Of a stretch of 32,000 bases of DNA, positions 1 to 8,908 are shown piece after piece. The notes under the pieces were generated by a model that saw nothing but the letters and a program-made list of their open reading frames with translations, made no database searches and was not told the origin of the DNA. Every line of letters begins with the position of its first letter. The stretch's first letter is position 1. Position numbers and translations under genes: made by a program. Source of the DNA: Okeania sp. Lineage in GTDB: Bacteria > Cyanobacteriota > Cyanobacteriia > Cyanobacteriales > Microcoleaceae. Where the stretch lies: NCBI RefSeq assembly GCF_035285525.1, contig NZ_JAYKGW010000086.1, positions 8,853 through 40,852 on the forward strand, read 5' to 3'.

Positions 1-61
1 CTTTGGCTTCTCCTTGGGTTTTGTACATTTTCCAGTTCCCAGCAATTATTATTTTTCTCAC
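1..61 (-). CDS. tpiA: triose-phosphate isomerase, first 20 codons only (gene continues past the left edge)
   Basis: Reverse-strand translation from GTG at 61-59 reads VRKIIIAGNWKMYKTQGEAK. AGNWKM is the hallmark N-terminal TIM motif. Absent from the ORF track because the window edge cuts it. Confidence 0.7.
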   Translation of the reverse strand, partial: MRKIIIAGNWKMYKTQGEAK

Positions 62-142
62 TGTTGATTTTATACACCTTAAACTTAAGTATCTGCAAAA
101 CACCAGTTTAAAGCTTTATGAGACGTTTTTCTAGTTTTAGGC

Positions 143-192
143 AACAGGGAACAGGTATGGAGGGAACAGGTATGGAGGGAACAGGTAAGGGT
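143..192. repeat. 15-bp tandem repeat, about 3 copies of GGGAACAGGTATGGA
   Basis: Direct reading of 147-191 shows period 15. The reverse complement is near-identical to the 15-mer ATTCCCTCCATACCT repeated at 23350-23480. Confidence 0.85.
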
Positions 193-282
193 TACGGTTC
201 CCGATAAATCAGTTTTTTTATCTACTTTTTGATTTGTCACAACATCAGCACGGATTGCTATAAAAATGAAATAATGTTGGCT

Positions 283-468
283 TTACTGGCCAAATTCTAA
301 TCTGGCTTGCTCAACTATTTCGACAGTTACTATTTGGGCTTCTGTTTCTCTGGCCAATTCTTCTATTCGTTTTCGTGCCTGAGTCCTAACAAAATAGGGA
401 ATATTTTGCAATTTAGTCTTAGCTTCTGGTGTCCATTGTAGTTCGTCTATGAAATTAGAATCGTTCAT
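283..468 (-). CDS. PCP-reductase-like small protein (stand-alone ChlB/BchB C-terminal-domain family)
   Basis: 61-aa ORF with the pattern [32 protein letters not shown]. This is typical of the small cyanobacterial 'PCP reductase family' proteins. Recognised from memory of the family. Confidence 0.6.
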   Translation of the reverse strand: MNDSNFIDELQWTPEAKTKLQNIPYFVRTQARKRIEELARETEAQIVTVEIVEQARLEFGQ

Positions 469-630
469 AATAATTCTGTAATTTGAAAAGGTACTCTAAT
501 TATTTCATTTGACCAAAAAGGAAAGTCTTAAACTTCTCCTTTTTAGTGAAATAAAAATAATAAGCTTTAGTATTTTTAGTATAAGGTTTAGGGGTAGATA
601 CTGATAACTGATAACTGAAATTATATCAAC

Positions 631-1794
631 CTAATTTTGCCAATAATTGTTTCTCTTTCGCCAGTGTCGTCGAGCTGAATCTATTGTAATTAATATATAG
701 ATTAAAGCAACAGTTGGTAAACCCATAGCATATATTGGTGAAAGTCGATAAAATTTAATAATAGGTAAGTAAGCTAAAAACATTAATAATCTTGCTAATC
801 AAGCGATCGCTACTATTTCCCACCAGTTAAAAATTGCTCCTCAAACTATTCCTAATGAAAGAATTAAATAAATTAATTTCATTTCTATGACTTTGACTAA
901 TAGCAAGAATGGAGAATAATTTAACTGAGCAAAAGCAGTCCGAGCTATCATATTCCCAATACTCATCAAATCAGGATAAGAACGCCGACTTTTAGTCTCT
1001 GAAGTTAGACCTAACCAAATCTTTTTATTAGTTGATTTTTCTTTAACTATTTTAGCCAAAGCACAGTCATATATTAAAGTATTTTTAATAACTTCTATTC
1101 CGCCAATTTCATCTAAAATTTGATGACGAATTAACATACAAGCACCAGCAGCAGCCGTAGAATTTTGAGGATTATTTACCCATTTAAACGGATATAATTT
1201 TTGCCAGAAAAATACAACTGCTGGAATCATTAATTCCTCTGCTAAAGTTTCACATTGTAATTTCGGCATTAGAGAAAATAAAGCTAAATTTTCCTGTTCA
1301 GCTTTAACAATAAGTTGACGAATATTTGTGGAACTATGTTCAATATCTGCATCAGTTAATAAAAAATAACCTGGGGTTGAAATTTGTTGTTTTGCATAAT
1401 TAATTCCTTGATTAATTCCCCAGAATTTTCCTATCCAACCATTAGGTAAATCTGTTGCTGAAATAACTTATAGTTTTGTATAATTATAATTTTGTTGAGC
1501 TAAATTTTTGGCGAAATTGACTGTATTATCTTGGCTATTATCGTCTACTAATATTATTTTAAAATACCCTGGATAATCTTGGTTTAACAGAGAATTTAAA
1601 GTTTTTCGTAGTAATTTTTGTTTATTTCTAGCAGGAATTATTACATAAACTAACGGCCAAAATTCGAGATTCTTAATTTCTGTTGGTGATGTTGGTAATA
1701 GTCGTTTTTCTACTAGCCAAAACTTACCGCGAAATAATAATAAATATATCTATATTATTAAATTGAAAATTACTGTTATTAATATAGCAATCAT
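631..1794 (-). pseudogene. family-2 glycosyltransferase (HpnB-like), inactivated by four in-frame stop codons
   Basis: One reverse-strand frame runs from ATG 1794 to TAG 633-631. It reads MIAILITVIFNLII*..VYVIIPARNKQKLLRKTLNSLLNQDYPGYFKIILVDDNSQD..TKL*VISATDLPNGWIGKFWGINQG..LLTDADIEHS..LMPKLQCE..AAAGACMLIRHQILDEIGGIE..LSLGIV*GAIFNWWEIVAIA*LARLL..IDSARRHWRKRNNYWQN*. Internal stops are at 1752-1750, 1470-1468, 843-841 and 801-799. No frameshift is needed. The ORF track shows only the 841-1269 piece. Confidence 0.75.
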
Positions 1795-1859
1795 ATTTCA
1801 TTTTTGAGATTTTATGTAGTAACTAAACTAAGAGTAATACTAAATCTGGCTTACATAGT

Positions 1860-1972
1860 CAGGACTTACACGGGAGGCACTATATATAGAGTCTTGGTGG
1901 GTTGTGCGTTGTGCGCTTTTCATGTCGCGTAGCGAAACGCAACCTACCAATAGCGTTCATGGCTTTAGTCCT
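1860..1972. mobile_element. MITE-like small dispersed repeat (CAGGACTTAC-terminus family), copy A
   Basis: The left end CAGGACTTACACGGGAG is the exact reverse complement of the right end of the copy at 8729-8820. The interior (ACTATATATAGAGTCTTGGTG...CATGTCGCG...) recurs at 2951-3165 and 25714-25975. Confidence 0.6.
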
Positions 1973-2094
1973 AATACTAATAGGTAATAATTCTAATATT
2001 TCACCTTGACGGCAATTCAGATCCCACACTTCCCACACTCCCTACCTTATGGCACAATAATATAGGAAAATTATTGCCAAAAGGACTAAGTTCC

Positions 2095-2853
2095 ATGATA
2101 ACTCAATCTAGATTACAGACTGCCTTAAAAAATGGCCAAGCTTTAAAAGTAATTAGTGGCTTAACTAATTTGGATAAAGAGAAAGTCGCTGCCACAGTTA
2201 AAGCTGCTACTGTGGGTGGAGCAACCTTCCTGGATATTGCTGCCGATCCTAGTTTAGTAGAAATGGCACGCAACTTAACCAACTTACCTATTTGTGTATC
2301 TGCCATTAAACCTGCTAAATTTGTACCAGCAGTAGTAGCAGGAGCTGACTTAATTGAAATTGGTAACTATGAAGCATTCTACGCTCAAGGAATGCGTTTT
2401 GAAGCAGAAGAAGTTTTGCGGTTAACTCAAGAAACTCGCGAGCTATTACCTAATATTACTCTTTCTGTAACTGTTCCCCATCTTTTAGAACTTGATCGCC
2501 AAGTACAACTAGCGACTGACTTAGTAAAAGTTGGTGCTGATATTATTCAAACTGAAGGTGCTGTTAGTGCTAACCCAACTCATCCTGGAACTTTAGGTTT
2601 AATTGAAAAAGCTGCTCCTACTATAGCAGCAGCTTATGAAATTTCTCGTGCTGTTAGTATACCTGTCTTGTGTGCTTCCGGTATTTCTAATGTTACAGCT
2701 CCATTAGCGATCGCTGCTGGTGCTGCTGGCGTTGGTGTAGGTTCCGCTATTAACAAACTGAATGATGAAGTAGCAATGATAGCAGCAGTTCGTAGTTTGG
2801 TGGAAGCTTTGGCGAAGGTTCGTTCTGTAAAAGCAGATGCAATGTCTGTTTAA
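2095..2853 (+). CDS. DUF561 / Ycf23-like TIM-barrel protein
   Basis: LKVISGLTNLDKEKVAATVKAATVGGATFLDIAADPSLV...LPICVSAIKP...GADLIEIGNYEAFYAQGMRF...IIQTEG...ASGIS matches the Ycf23/DUF561 pattern from memory. The ORF-track start 2074 is a TTG. The first ATG is 2095. Confidence 0.75.
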   Translation: MITQSRLQTALKNGQALKVISGLTNLDKEKVAATVKAATVGGATFLDIAADPSLVEMARNLTNLPICVSAIKPAKFVPAVVAGADLIEIGNYEAFYAQGMRFEAEEVLRLTQETRELLPNITLSVTVPHLLELDRQVQLATDLVKVGADIIQTEGAVSANPTHPGTLGLIEKAAPTIAAAYEISRAVSIPVLCASGISNVTAPLAIAAGAAGVGVGSAINKLNDEVAMIAAVRSLVEALAKVRSVKADAMSV

Positions 2854-2870
2854 TTAGTTTCACCTGGAAT

Positions 2871-2910
2871 GTTATCGTTAATGAAAGTGATTCATAAACG
2901 ATAACTTTTT
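2871..2910 (+). terminator. candidate intrinsic terminator of the DUF561 gene
   Basis: 9-bp perfect stem: GTTATCGTT (2871-2879) pairs with AACGATAAC (2897-2905). It is followed directly by TTTTT (2906-2910), 18 nt after the stop codon. Confidence 0.55.
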
Positions 2911-2950
2911 GAATGTAGGTTGGGTTGAGGAAAGAAACCCAACACAAGCT

Positions 2951-3165
2951 TATGATGTTTGGTTTCGCTCCATGCTTTGCAACAAAGTTATATCATGTCC
3001 GGTTGAATAGTGTCGCTCCAGTAGGGTGCGTTTGCTACGGGACATGAAAAGGGCACAACGCACAACGCACCAAGACTCTCTTTGTGTAAGTGTATATCAT
3101 GTCCGGTTGAATAGTGTCGCTCCAGTAGGGTGCGTTTCGCTACCATTAGCGTCCATGGGTAAGTT
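2951..3165. mobile_element. composite or duplicated MITE-like element abutting the miaB stop codon
   Basis: A 44-bp direct repeat ATATCATGTCCGGTTGAATAGTGTCGCTCCAGTAGGGTGCGTTT lies at 2990-3033 and 3094-3137. The repeats flank a core (GACATGAAAAGGGCACAACGCACAACGCACCAAGACTCT) homologous to the reverse complement of copy A. A fragment GATATCATGTCCGGT recurs at 19939-19953. Confidence 0.55.
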
Positions 3166-4506
3166 CTATATAACTTCACCAGTTAAACTAAACGGACGTA
3201 CTTCCGTAATTTTCACTTTAACTAATTTACCCTTCAACTCATTAATATCCCCTGCAAAAAATGTCAGACGGTTGCCACGGGTACGCCCCATAACTTGAGC
3301 CGAATTTTTAGGATTAGTATCTTCCACTAAAATTTCTTCCATACGACCCATATAACGTTGGGATCTTTCCGCAGCTTTCACCCCCACTAAATGATTCAAC
3401 CGTTGCAGTCTATCTGCTTTCACTTCCTCACTCAATTGATTTTCCCATAAAGCTGCTGGAGTTCCTGGTCTCGGAGAATAAGCAGCAGTATTCAATTGGT
3501 CGAACCCAATATCCTCTACCAACTTCAGGGTATTCTCAAATTGTGCGTCAGTTTCCCCAGGAAAACCTACTATAGCATCAGCACTAATAGAAGCATCTGG
3601 CATCAGTTCCCGAATTTTATTAATAATTCGGCGATATTTTTCATGGGTGTAACCTCTTGCCATTGCTTTCAATAATTTATTATCTCCAGACTGAAAAGGA
3701 ATATGAAAATGTTCGCAAACCTTGGGCAACTCAGCACAAGCTCTAATTAGACGTTCTGTGAAATAGCGGGGGTGACTCGTAGCAAAGCGAATACGTTCCA
3801 CACCAGGAACATCATGCACATAGTAAAGTAAATCTGTGAATGTGTGTTTTTTGCGTCCTTCTGGTGTTACTCCCGGTAAGTCCCGTCCATAAGCATCAAT
3901 ATTTTGTCCCAACAATGTAATTTCTGGATAACCTTGTCGCCCTAAATCTTCCATTTCCGCGCGGATAGCTTCAGGATAGCGAGACTGTTCGACACCCCGC
4001 ACACTGGGAACAATACAATAAGTACAATGTTCGTTGCAACCATAAATTATATTTACCCAAGCTGTGATTTTACTATCCCGTCTGGGTTTGGTGATATCTT
4101 CGATAATATGAATAGGTTCAGTGGCGACTACTTGGTTGCCATTGAAAACTTGTTCTAATAAATCTTGCAACCGGTTAGCGTGTTGAGGCCCCATAACTAA
4201 ATCTAATTCCGGGACTCTTCGCAGTAGTGCTTCCCCTTCTTGTTGAGCAACACATCCAGCCACAATAAGAGTAAGGTCTGGTTGTTTATGTTTGCGTTTA
4301 GCTTGTCTACCCAGGTAAGAGTAGACTTTTTGTTCAGCATTATCGCGAATAGAACAGGTATTGTAGAGAATAATGTTAGCATCGTTGGGGTCATCCGAAC
4401 AGATAAAACCCATATTATCTAGAACACCTGCCATACGTTCCGAGTCGGCCTTGTTCATTTGACAGCCGAATGTGGTAATGTGATAGCGATGGGAATTTGT
4501 ATTCAT
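3166..4506 (-). CDS. miaB: tRNA-i6A37 methylthiotransferase MiaB (radical SAM)
   Basis: [16 protein letters not shown]-terminal cluster region, radical-SAM [11 protein letters not shown] (CxxxCxxC), and a C-terminal TRAM-like LVKVKITEV. The likely start is ATG 4506 (MNTNSHRYH). The ORF-track extension to 4599 is not family-like. Confidence 0.9.
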   Translation of the reverse strand: MNTNSHRYHITTFGCQMNKADSERMAGVLDNMGFICSDDPNDANIILYNTCSIRDNAEQKVYSYLGRQAKRKHKQPDLTLIVAGCVAQQEGEALLRRVPELDLVMGPQHANRLQDLLEQVFNGNQVVATEPIHIIEDITKPRRDSKITAWVNIIYGCNEHCTYCIVPSVRGVEQSRYPEAIRAEMEDLGRQGYPEITLLGQNIDAYGRDLPGVTPEGRKKHTFTDLLYYVHDVPGVERIRFATSHPRYFTERLIRACAELPKVCEHFHIPFQSGDNKLLKAMARGYTHEKYRRIINKIRELMPDASISADAIVGFPGETDAQFENTLKLVEDIGFDQLNTAAYSPRPGTPAALWENQLSEEVKADRLQRLNHLVGVKAAERSQRYMGRMEEILVEDTNPKNSAQVMGRTRGNRLTFFAGDINELKGKLVKVKITEVRPFSLTGEVI

Positions 4507-4671
4507 AAATGGACTTTGGGAATAAAATGATAGTATACAAGAGTTTAATATTATATCACAATCGGACACAGATGTTATTGCCCCATTAATATCTATCACT
4601 TTTATAAATCAATAGACATCTACAGTTATAATCTAGGTAAATTAAATTCATAATCTCCCCCTACTTCTATT

Positions 4672-5250
4672 TTAAAACAAACGTGCCACTGGACAGCTAA
4701 AACCAGGCAAGATCGGAGAAGCAAGAGTATCATTAGGAAGCAAAGTAGCAATTAATTCTAACATCGCCCGATCGCCTCGTCTATACACTTCAATTTGTTG
4801 ATTTCGCCAATCCACAATCCAATATTCCCGAACTCCTCGTTCTAAATATAGCTTTAATTTCAGTTCCCGGTCTCGTCTTTCATTAGTTTGACCTGCTGAC
4901 AATACTTCTACTACTAACTCCGGTGCCGCCGTCAGATGTCCGCTATCGTCAATAATTTTTGAGAGGCGATCGCTACTAACCCAAACCAAATCTGGCTCTA
5001 CATTATTGCCATCGCTAAAAACGATACCCGGAGCAAAAAAAGGCTCGCCCAGATTAGTAGAATCAGACCATTTCTCCAAATATCCATAAATTTTACCACA
5101 GGTGCGTTGATGGTATATATGGGGCGATCTAGTTATCAATAATTCTCCGTCAATAATTTCATAGCGGTTGCCGTTATTTGGCAAGAGTTCTAAATCTGCT
5201 GTTGTCCAGTAAATGCTGTCTTGGTAGTTTTGCGTAAGTTTTGTCTTCAT
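4672..5250 (-). CDS. Uma2-family (DUF820) putative endonuclease
   Basis: YEIIDGELLITRSPHIYHQ...VEPDLVWVS...APELVVEVLSAG...KLKLYLERGVREYWIVDWRNQQIEVY is the classic Uma2 pattern. It starts 11 nt after the mazF stop. Confidence 0.8.
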   Translation of the reverse strand: MKTKLTQNYQDSIYWTTADLELLPNNGNRYEIIDGELLITRSPHIYHQRTCGKIYGYLEKWSDSTNLGEPFFAPGIVFSDGNNVEPDLVWVSSDRLSKIIDDSGHLTAAPELVVEVLSAGQTNERRDRELKLKLYLERGVREYWIVDWRNQQIEVYRRGDRAMLELIATLLPNDTLASPILPGFSCPVARLF

Positions 5251-5261
5251 TAGTTTTCAGC

Positions 5262-5615
5262 TTAGACATCATAATCAATACAGGTAATTAACACTGCTAA
5301 CAGTTCCTGAAGAACAGTCTCAGAAACCTGCCCCAAACACCTAACAAATCTTTCACTAGAAATACTCCGAACTTGGAGAACATTACCAGCAGAGTCGCTA
5401 TCCAAACCATTATTCTGAGAACGGGGAATAGAAACCATAAAAGGGCGGTTTTGAAATTTAGGTTGCCATTTAGCTATAGGAATAACAATTCTGATAGGAA
5501 TGGAACTAAAAAGGTCAGAACTAATGACAACAGTCGGGCGAGTTTTTTTGATTTCTTGTCCTCTAGTTGGATCGAGTTCCACCAGCCATATTTCTCCTCG
5601 TTTAGGATTCTTCAT
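5262..5615 (-). CDS. mazF: MazF/PemK-family type II toxin (endoribonuclease)
   Basis: N-terminal RGEIWLVELDPTRGQEIKKTRPTVVISSD motif, 117 aa. It overlaps the upstream ORF by 14 nt. Confidence 0.75.
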   Translation of the reverse strand: MKNPKRGEIWLVELDPTRGQEIKKTRPTVVISSDLFSSIPIRIVIPIAKWQPKFQNRPFMVSIPRSQNNGLDSDSAGNVLQVRSISSERFVRCLGQVSETVLQELLAVLITCIDYDV

Positions 5616-5988
5616 CTTCTAAATCCCAATCTTCCCCATCAAGAACCGAAAACTCTGTTAACTCTGGATCGTTTAAAAAATCTTCAGCAGTTCCAGCTAT
5701 ATAAGGAGCCAAAATCTTGTGGCGTTCTGCAACTGGAAGCCGAGAAATTTCCGTCATAGATAGACGACTTGGCGACTCCATAGCTACAGCTTGACTATCA
5801 ATAGCACCAATTAAATCTCCTGTCAACTCGGACAAAAGTGGTTCTGGCGTTGGTGTAGTATTTGGCAGAACTCTCTCTTTAGACAATTGAGCAGCAATCC
5901 AATTTTCAGGAGTTATACCTTGTTGTCTGGCAACCTCTAAGAGAACTTTGTAAGTTTGTTCAGGCAGAATAATAGTATGATTTGACAT
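5602..5988 (-). CDS. putative cognate antitoxin of MazF (family not recognised)
   Basis: 128-aa ORF directly upstream of mazF, overlapping it by 14 nt (5602-5615). Acidic tail DGEDWDLEDEES. Assigned by position only. Confidence 0.5.
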   Translation of the reverse strand: MSNHTIILPEQTYKVLLEVARQQGITPENWIAAQLSKERVLPNTTPTPEPLLSELTGDLIGAIDSQAVAMESPSRLSMTEISRLPVAERHKILAPYIAGTAEDFLNDPELTEFSVLDGEDWDLEDEES

Positions 5989-6342
5989 AAGTTTATAAGT
6001 AATTTCTTAGCATTTTAACGCAAAACTCAATATTAATTTTCCTTTGGTGGGAAGAAGTGCTGATGGAGCCTAGAGACAGCTATATCGGCTTTCCAACAAC
6101 AACCTTCTCCACTATAAACTCAATCAAGTCCGAGTTGTCGTTGCACCTCCTGAAATTTTTTGCTCAAGGGAACAAACAAAGAAAATTGGCATTGGTGATT
6201 TTGGCTATGGTTTTTCCAAGCAGAGAAACCGGGTTTGTCTTAGATCGCTTATCATACTAACATCTATCTCCAATAAACTAGGTTTCTTATAAGATTTCAT
6301 AGTTCTATTCACCAACGCCAGAAAATTCAGTAGCAGATACTG

Positions 6343-7305
6343 TTAACTACGATCAATTTCTGCCAAAATTTCATCTAAAATTTCTTGGGCACCTTGCTCT
6401 CTCAATTTTTTCGCTAGTTCAATACCTATGTTTTCTGCATCAACAGCAGCACCAATAACAACATCTTTAACTAATTTTTTACCATCCAAACTGGCAACTA
6501 AACCAGTCAAAGTTAGTTGTTCTCCTTCTAGTTGGGTATCAACACCAATGGGAACTTGACAACCTCCTTCTAGCTCTCTCAAAAAAGCACGTTCTGCATA
6601 ACATCTCTGAGCAGTGGGAGTATGTTCCAAACTTTTCAATAAGTCGAAAATCTCACTATCTCCCTGACGACATTCTATTCCTAAAGCACCTTGTCCGACT
6701 GCATGGAGAGATACTTCCGGAGGTATAACTTGATGAATGCGATCGCTCATTTCTAATCTATACAAACCAGCATAAGCTAAAATTAGGGCATCATATTCAC
6801 CAGCATCCAATTTTGCTAGTCTGGTATTGAGATTACCACGAACATCTTTAAATTCCAAGTGGGGATAATGGTAGCGGAGTTGTGCTAAACGTCGCAGAGA
6901 GGAAGTACCGATAACAGCACCTTCTGGCAAAGTCTCCAGTTGTTTATCTTTGAATTTTTCATGGACAACTAGAGCATCTGCTGGGTTTTCCCGTTCGGTA
7001 ACGCAACCTAACATTAGACCTTCTGGCAAATTTGTTGGTAAGTCTTTGAGGGAATGAACTGCTAAGTCGGTTTTATTTTGCAGCATTCCTAATTCTAGTT
7101 CTTTGGTGAAGAGTCCTTTATCTCCAATTTTAGATAAGGCTACATCTAGAATTTTATCTCCTTGAGTAGACATGGTCTCGACTTCAAAGGTAATGTCTGG
7201 GAAATTTTTCTGGAGTTCTCCTTGCACCCAATGGGTTTGAACTAGGGCGAGTTGACTTTTGCGGGAACCGATCCGAACGGTGCGGGTAGAAGCAGATACT
7301 GTCAT
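6343..7305 (-). CDS. hemC: hydroxymethylbilane synthase (porphobilinogen deaminase)
   Basis: [37 protein letters not shown] and [17 protein letters not shown] motifs across the full 320-aa length. Confidence 0.92.
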   Translation of the reverse strand: MTVSASTRTVRIGSRKSQLALVQTHWVQGELQKNFPDITFEVETMSTQGDKILDVALSKIGDKGLFTKELELGMLQNKTDLAVHSLKDLPTNLPEGLMLGCVTERENPADALVVHEKFKDKQLETLPEGAVIGTSSLRRLAQLRYHYPHLEFKDVRGNLNTRLAKLDAGEYDALILAYAGLYRLEMSDRIHQVIPPEVSLHAVGQGALGIECRQGDSEIFDLLKSLEHTPTAQRCYAERAFLRELEGGCQVPIGVDTQLEGEQLTLTGLVASLDGKKLVKDVVIGAAVDAENIGIELAKKLREQGAQEILDEILAEIDRS

Positions 7306-7614
7306 ATCTTAATGTTAAAATAACTAAATTTGGTCATTCTTTCTAGAATACCTTAAATTGGCACATAAATTTTTGAATTGAAAAGTTAAGATATTTTTAA
7401 CTAAAATTTTCGGTAATTATTTCATATAATTAAGTATGAAATTATTTGTGGTTTATCTACAGTGAATAGGTATCATAAAATGAATCAAGAAAAAATAGAA
7501 GTATTAGAAAAAATTGCTCAGGTTATGGAAAATTTGCCTAGTGAAAGTTTGTTGGCAAAATGTTAGACTGAAGACCAAAAAGAGAAATGGTATCAACAGA
7601 GAAAGCGGAATCTT

Positions 7615-8349
7615 TTGATTGCTAAAGCTTGGCGAGAACAATTGAAATTAACTCCAGGCTATACTTTGGATACTGCTGTCGATAATCAAGAAATTGACGC
7701 TATTGAAAAAGAAGGAATATTACTACTTATCAAATGTTACTATACCTTATGGCAGATAGTTAAAATTGTTGAAACTGATGTACATTCTTTTCATTCATTT
7801 CTTCAGTCTATAGTTTCTATTGCCGATTATTTTTCTTGGTCTCTACCTCAAATTTTTCTTAACTTTTTTAGCAATATATTAAGTCAAAAGTATTCTTTTG
7901 ATTCTCCCTATGAACTATTTATCGAAATTCTCAGGGAAAATGAGGATGATATTTTTTCTGTATGTCTGAGGTACGAAGAAATATCTTTAAAAAAAGCAGA
8001 AAGAGGCAGCGAATTAATTAGTAATTTATTATTTGAGGGAATAAAAGAAGGTTTTTATTATCAACCAAATGATGATGAAATTAAACAAATAAAAAAATAT
8101 TTCTCTTGGGTAGGTTTTTCTGCTTCATGGCAAGTTATGGTACTTACTGTTAGTCAATTTTCTGTTCTGAGAAATCCTCAACTTGCCTTGAAATTAAAAG
8201 AATTTAATAAATTGACAATAGAATGCAACGATTTAACTAAAACTGCCTGTCGAAAACGGAAATCAAAAACATGGGATAAGCGTCGCTCCGTTGCCTGGAA
8301 AAATGGGAAAAAAGCTTATGCTGAAAATGGTGTATATAAATTCCCTTAA
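7615..8349 (+). CDS. hypothetical protein; possibly the 3' part of a gene starting at ATG 7480 and interrupted by TAG 7564-7566
   Basis: The ORF-track start is a TTG. The same frame is open from ATG 7480 (MNQEKIEVLEKIAQVMENLPSESLLAKC*TEDQKEKWYQQRKRNL...) apart from one TAG. No recognisable domain. Confidence 0.45.
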   Translation: MIAKAWREQLKLTPGYTLDTAVDNQEIDAIEKEGILLLIKCYYTLWQIVKIVETDVHSFHSFLQSIVSIADYFSWSLPQIFLNFFSNILSQKYSFDSPYELFIEILRENEDDIFSVCLRYEEISLKKAERGSELISNLLFEGIKEGFYYQPNDDEIKQIKKYFSWVGFSASWQVMVLTVSQFSVLRNPQLALKLKEFNKLTIECNDLTKTACRKRKSKTWDKRRSVAWKNGKKAYAENGVYKFP

Positions 8350-8445
8350 CAAAACTTAATACCCAAAACACATTTCCTCTACCCCACAGATAAAGGGATT
8401 AAGTTGGAATAGTCAAACTTCAGCTAACAAAACAGGAGAGAAAAA

Positions 8446-8721
8446 ATGTTGACTTCTAATACTCCAAAAACTGAACGATTCCAACTCGATAATATCTCTG
8501 AAATAACAATAGACAAAACGTTAGACAAAATGGAAGAAAATGGAATTAAAATGGTGAGACAGTTATTTCAAAATTATCAAAATGAAATTCATCAACTTCA
8601 GCAAGAAGTTAGTAATCTAAAGATGGTTATCCGCGATAAAGATGAAAAAATCCAAGAACTAGAATCTTTACCACATCCTGAATCTCCAAATGGAGACGGT
8701 ATTTGTAACTGGTTAGATTAA
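8446..8721 (+). CDS. hypothetical small coiled-coil protein
   Basis: 91-aa ORF with an AGGAGA Shine-Dalgarno about 8 nt upstream of the ATG. Heptad-like segment QNEIHQLQQEVSNLKMVIRDKDEKIQELE. Confidence 0.5.
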   Translation: MLTSNTPKTERFQLDNISEITIDKTLDKMEENGIKMVRQLFQNYQNEIHQLQQEVSNLKMVIRDKDEKIQELESLPHPESPNGDGICNWLD

Positions 8722-8728
8722 TCTTAAT

Positions 8729-8820
8729 CAGGACTTAGACATAAACGCTATAAGTAGGGTGTGTTAGCGCTAGCGTAACGCACCAAGACGCTGTATATAG
8801 TTTCTCCCGTGTAAGTCCTG
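8729..8820. mobile_element. MITE-like element, copy C, with a 5-bp target-site duplication
   Basis: Termini are CAGGACTTAGAC... and ...CTCCCGTGTAAGTCCTG. It is flanked by TTAAT at 8724-8728 and again at 8821-8825. Confidence 0.65.
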
Positions 8821-8836
8821 TTAATAATCGGAGACT

Positions 8837-8880
8837 TGCCTAAAAATGATGAAATAATCCACTACTTTTTTAGGCATTTT
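8837..8880 (+). terminator. weak candidate terminator between convergent genes
   Basis: 10-bp AT-rich stem: TGCCTAAAAA (8837-8846) pairs with TTTTTAGGCA (8867-8876). A 20-nt loop, followed by TTTT. The stem is mostly A-T, hence the low confidence. Confidence 0.3.
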
Positions 8881-8908
8881 AGTCCAGTAGGTTAGCTTAA
8901 GCGATCGC

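Noticed and set aside
2988-3298. ORF-track entries 2988-3179 (minus, 63 aa) and 3026-3298 (plus, 90 aa)
   Set aside because: Both lie in the duplicated MITE-derived element and overlap the well-supported miaB 3' end. The peptide sequences are repeat translations.
4507-4599. N-terminal extensions in the ORF track: miaB to 4599, phosphoesterase TTG 16317, DUF2470 to 26852, DUF561 TTG 2074, TPR2 ATG 14609
   Set aside because: The extensions are not family-like. They overlap a repeat arm or the upstream gene, or they use non-ATG starts when a conserved-position ATG lies just downstream.
5373-5759. 128-aa plus-strand ORF overlapping mazF and its antitoxin
   Set aside because: It is antisense to two motif-supported genes. 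It is low-complexity, Arg/Ser/Asn-rich and has no RBS.
6057-6260. 67-aa GTG-initiated ORF in the hemC-proximal intergenic region
   Set aside because: No homology pattern and no RBS. It contains a half-copy of the GAAACCGGGTTT palindromic repeat. I could not read a convincing gene relic on either strand.
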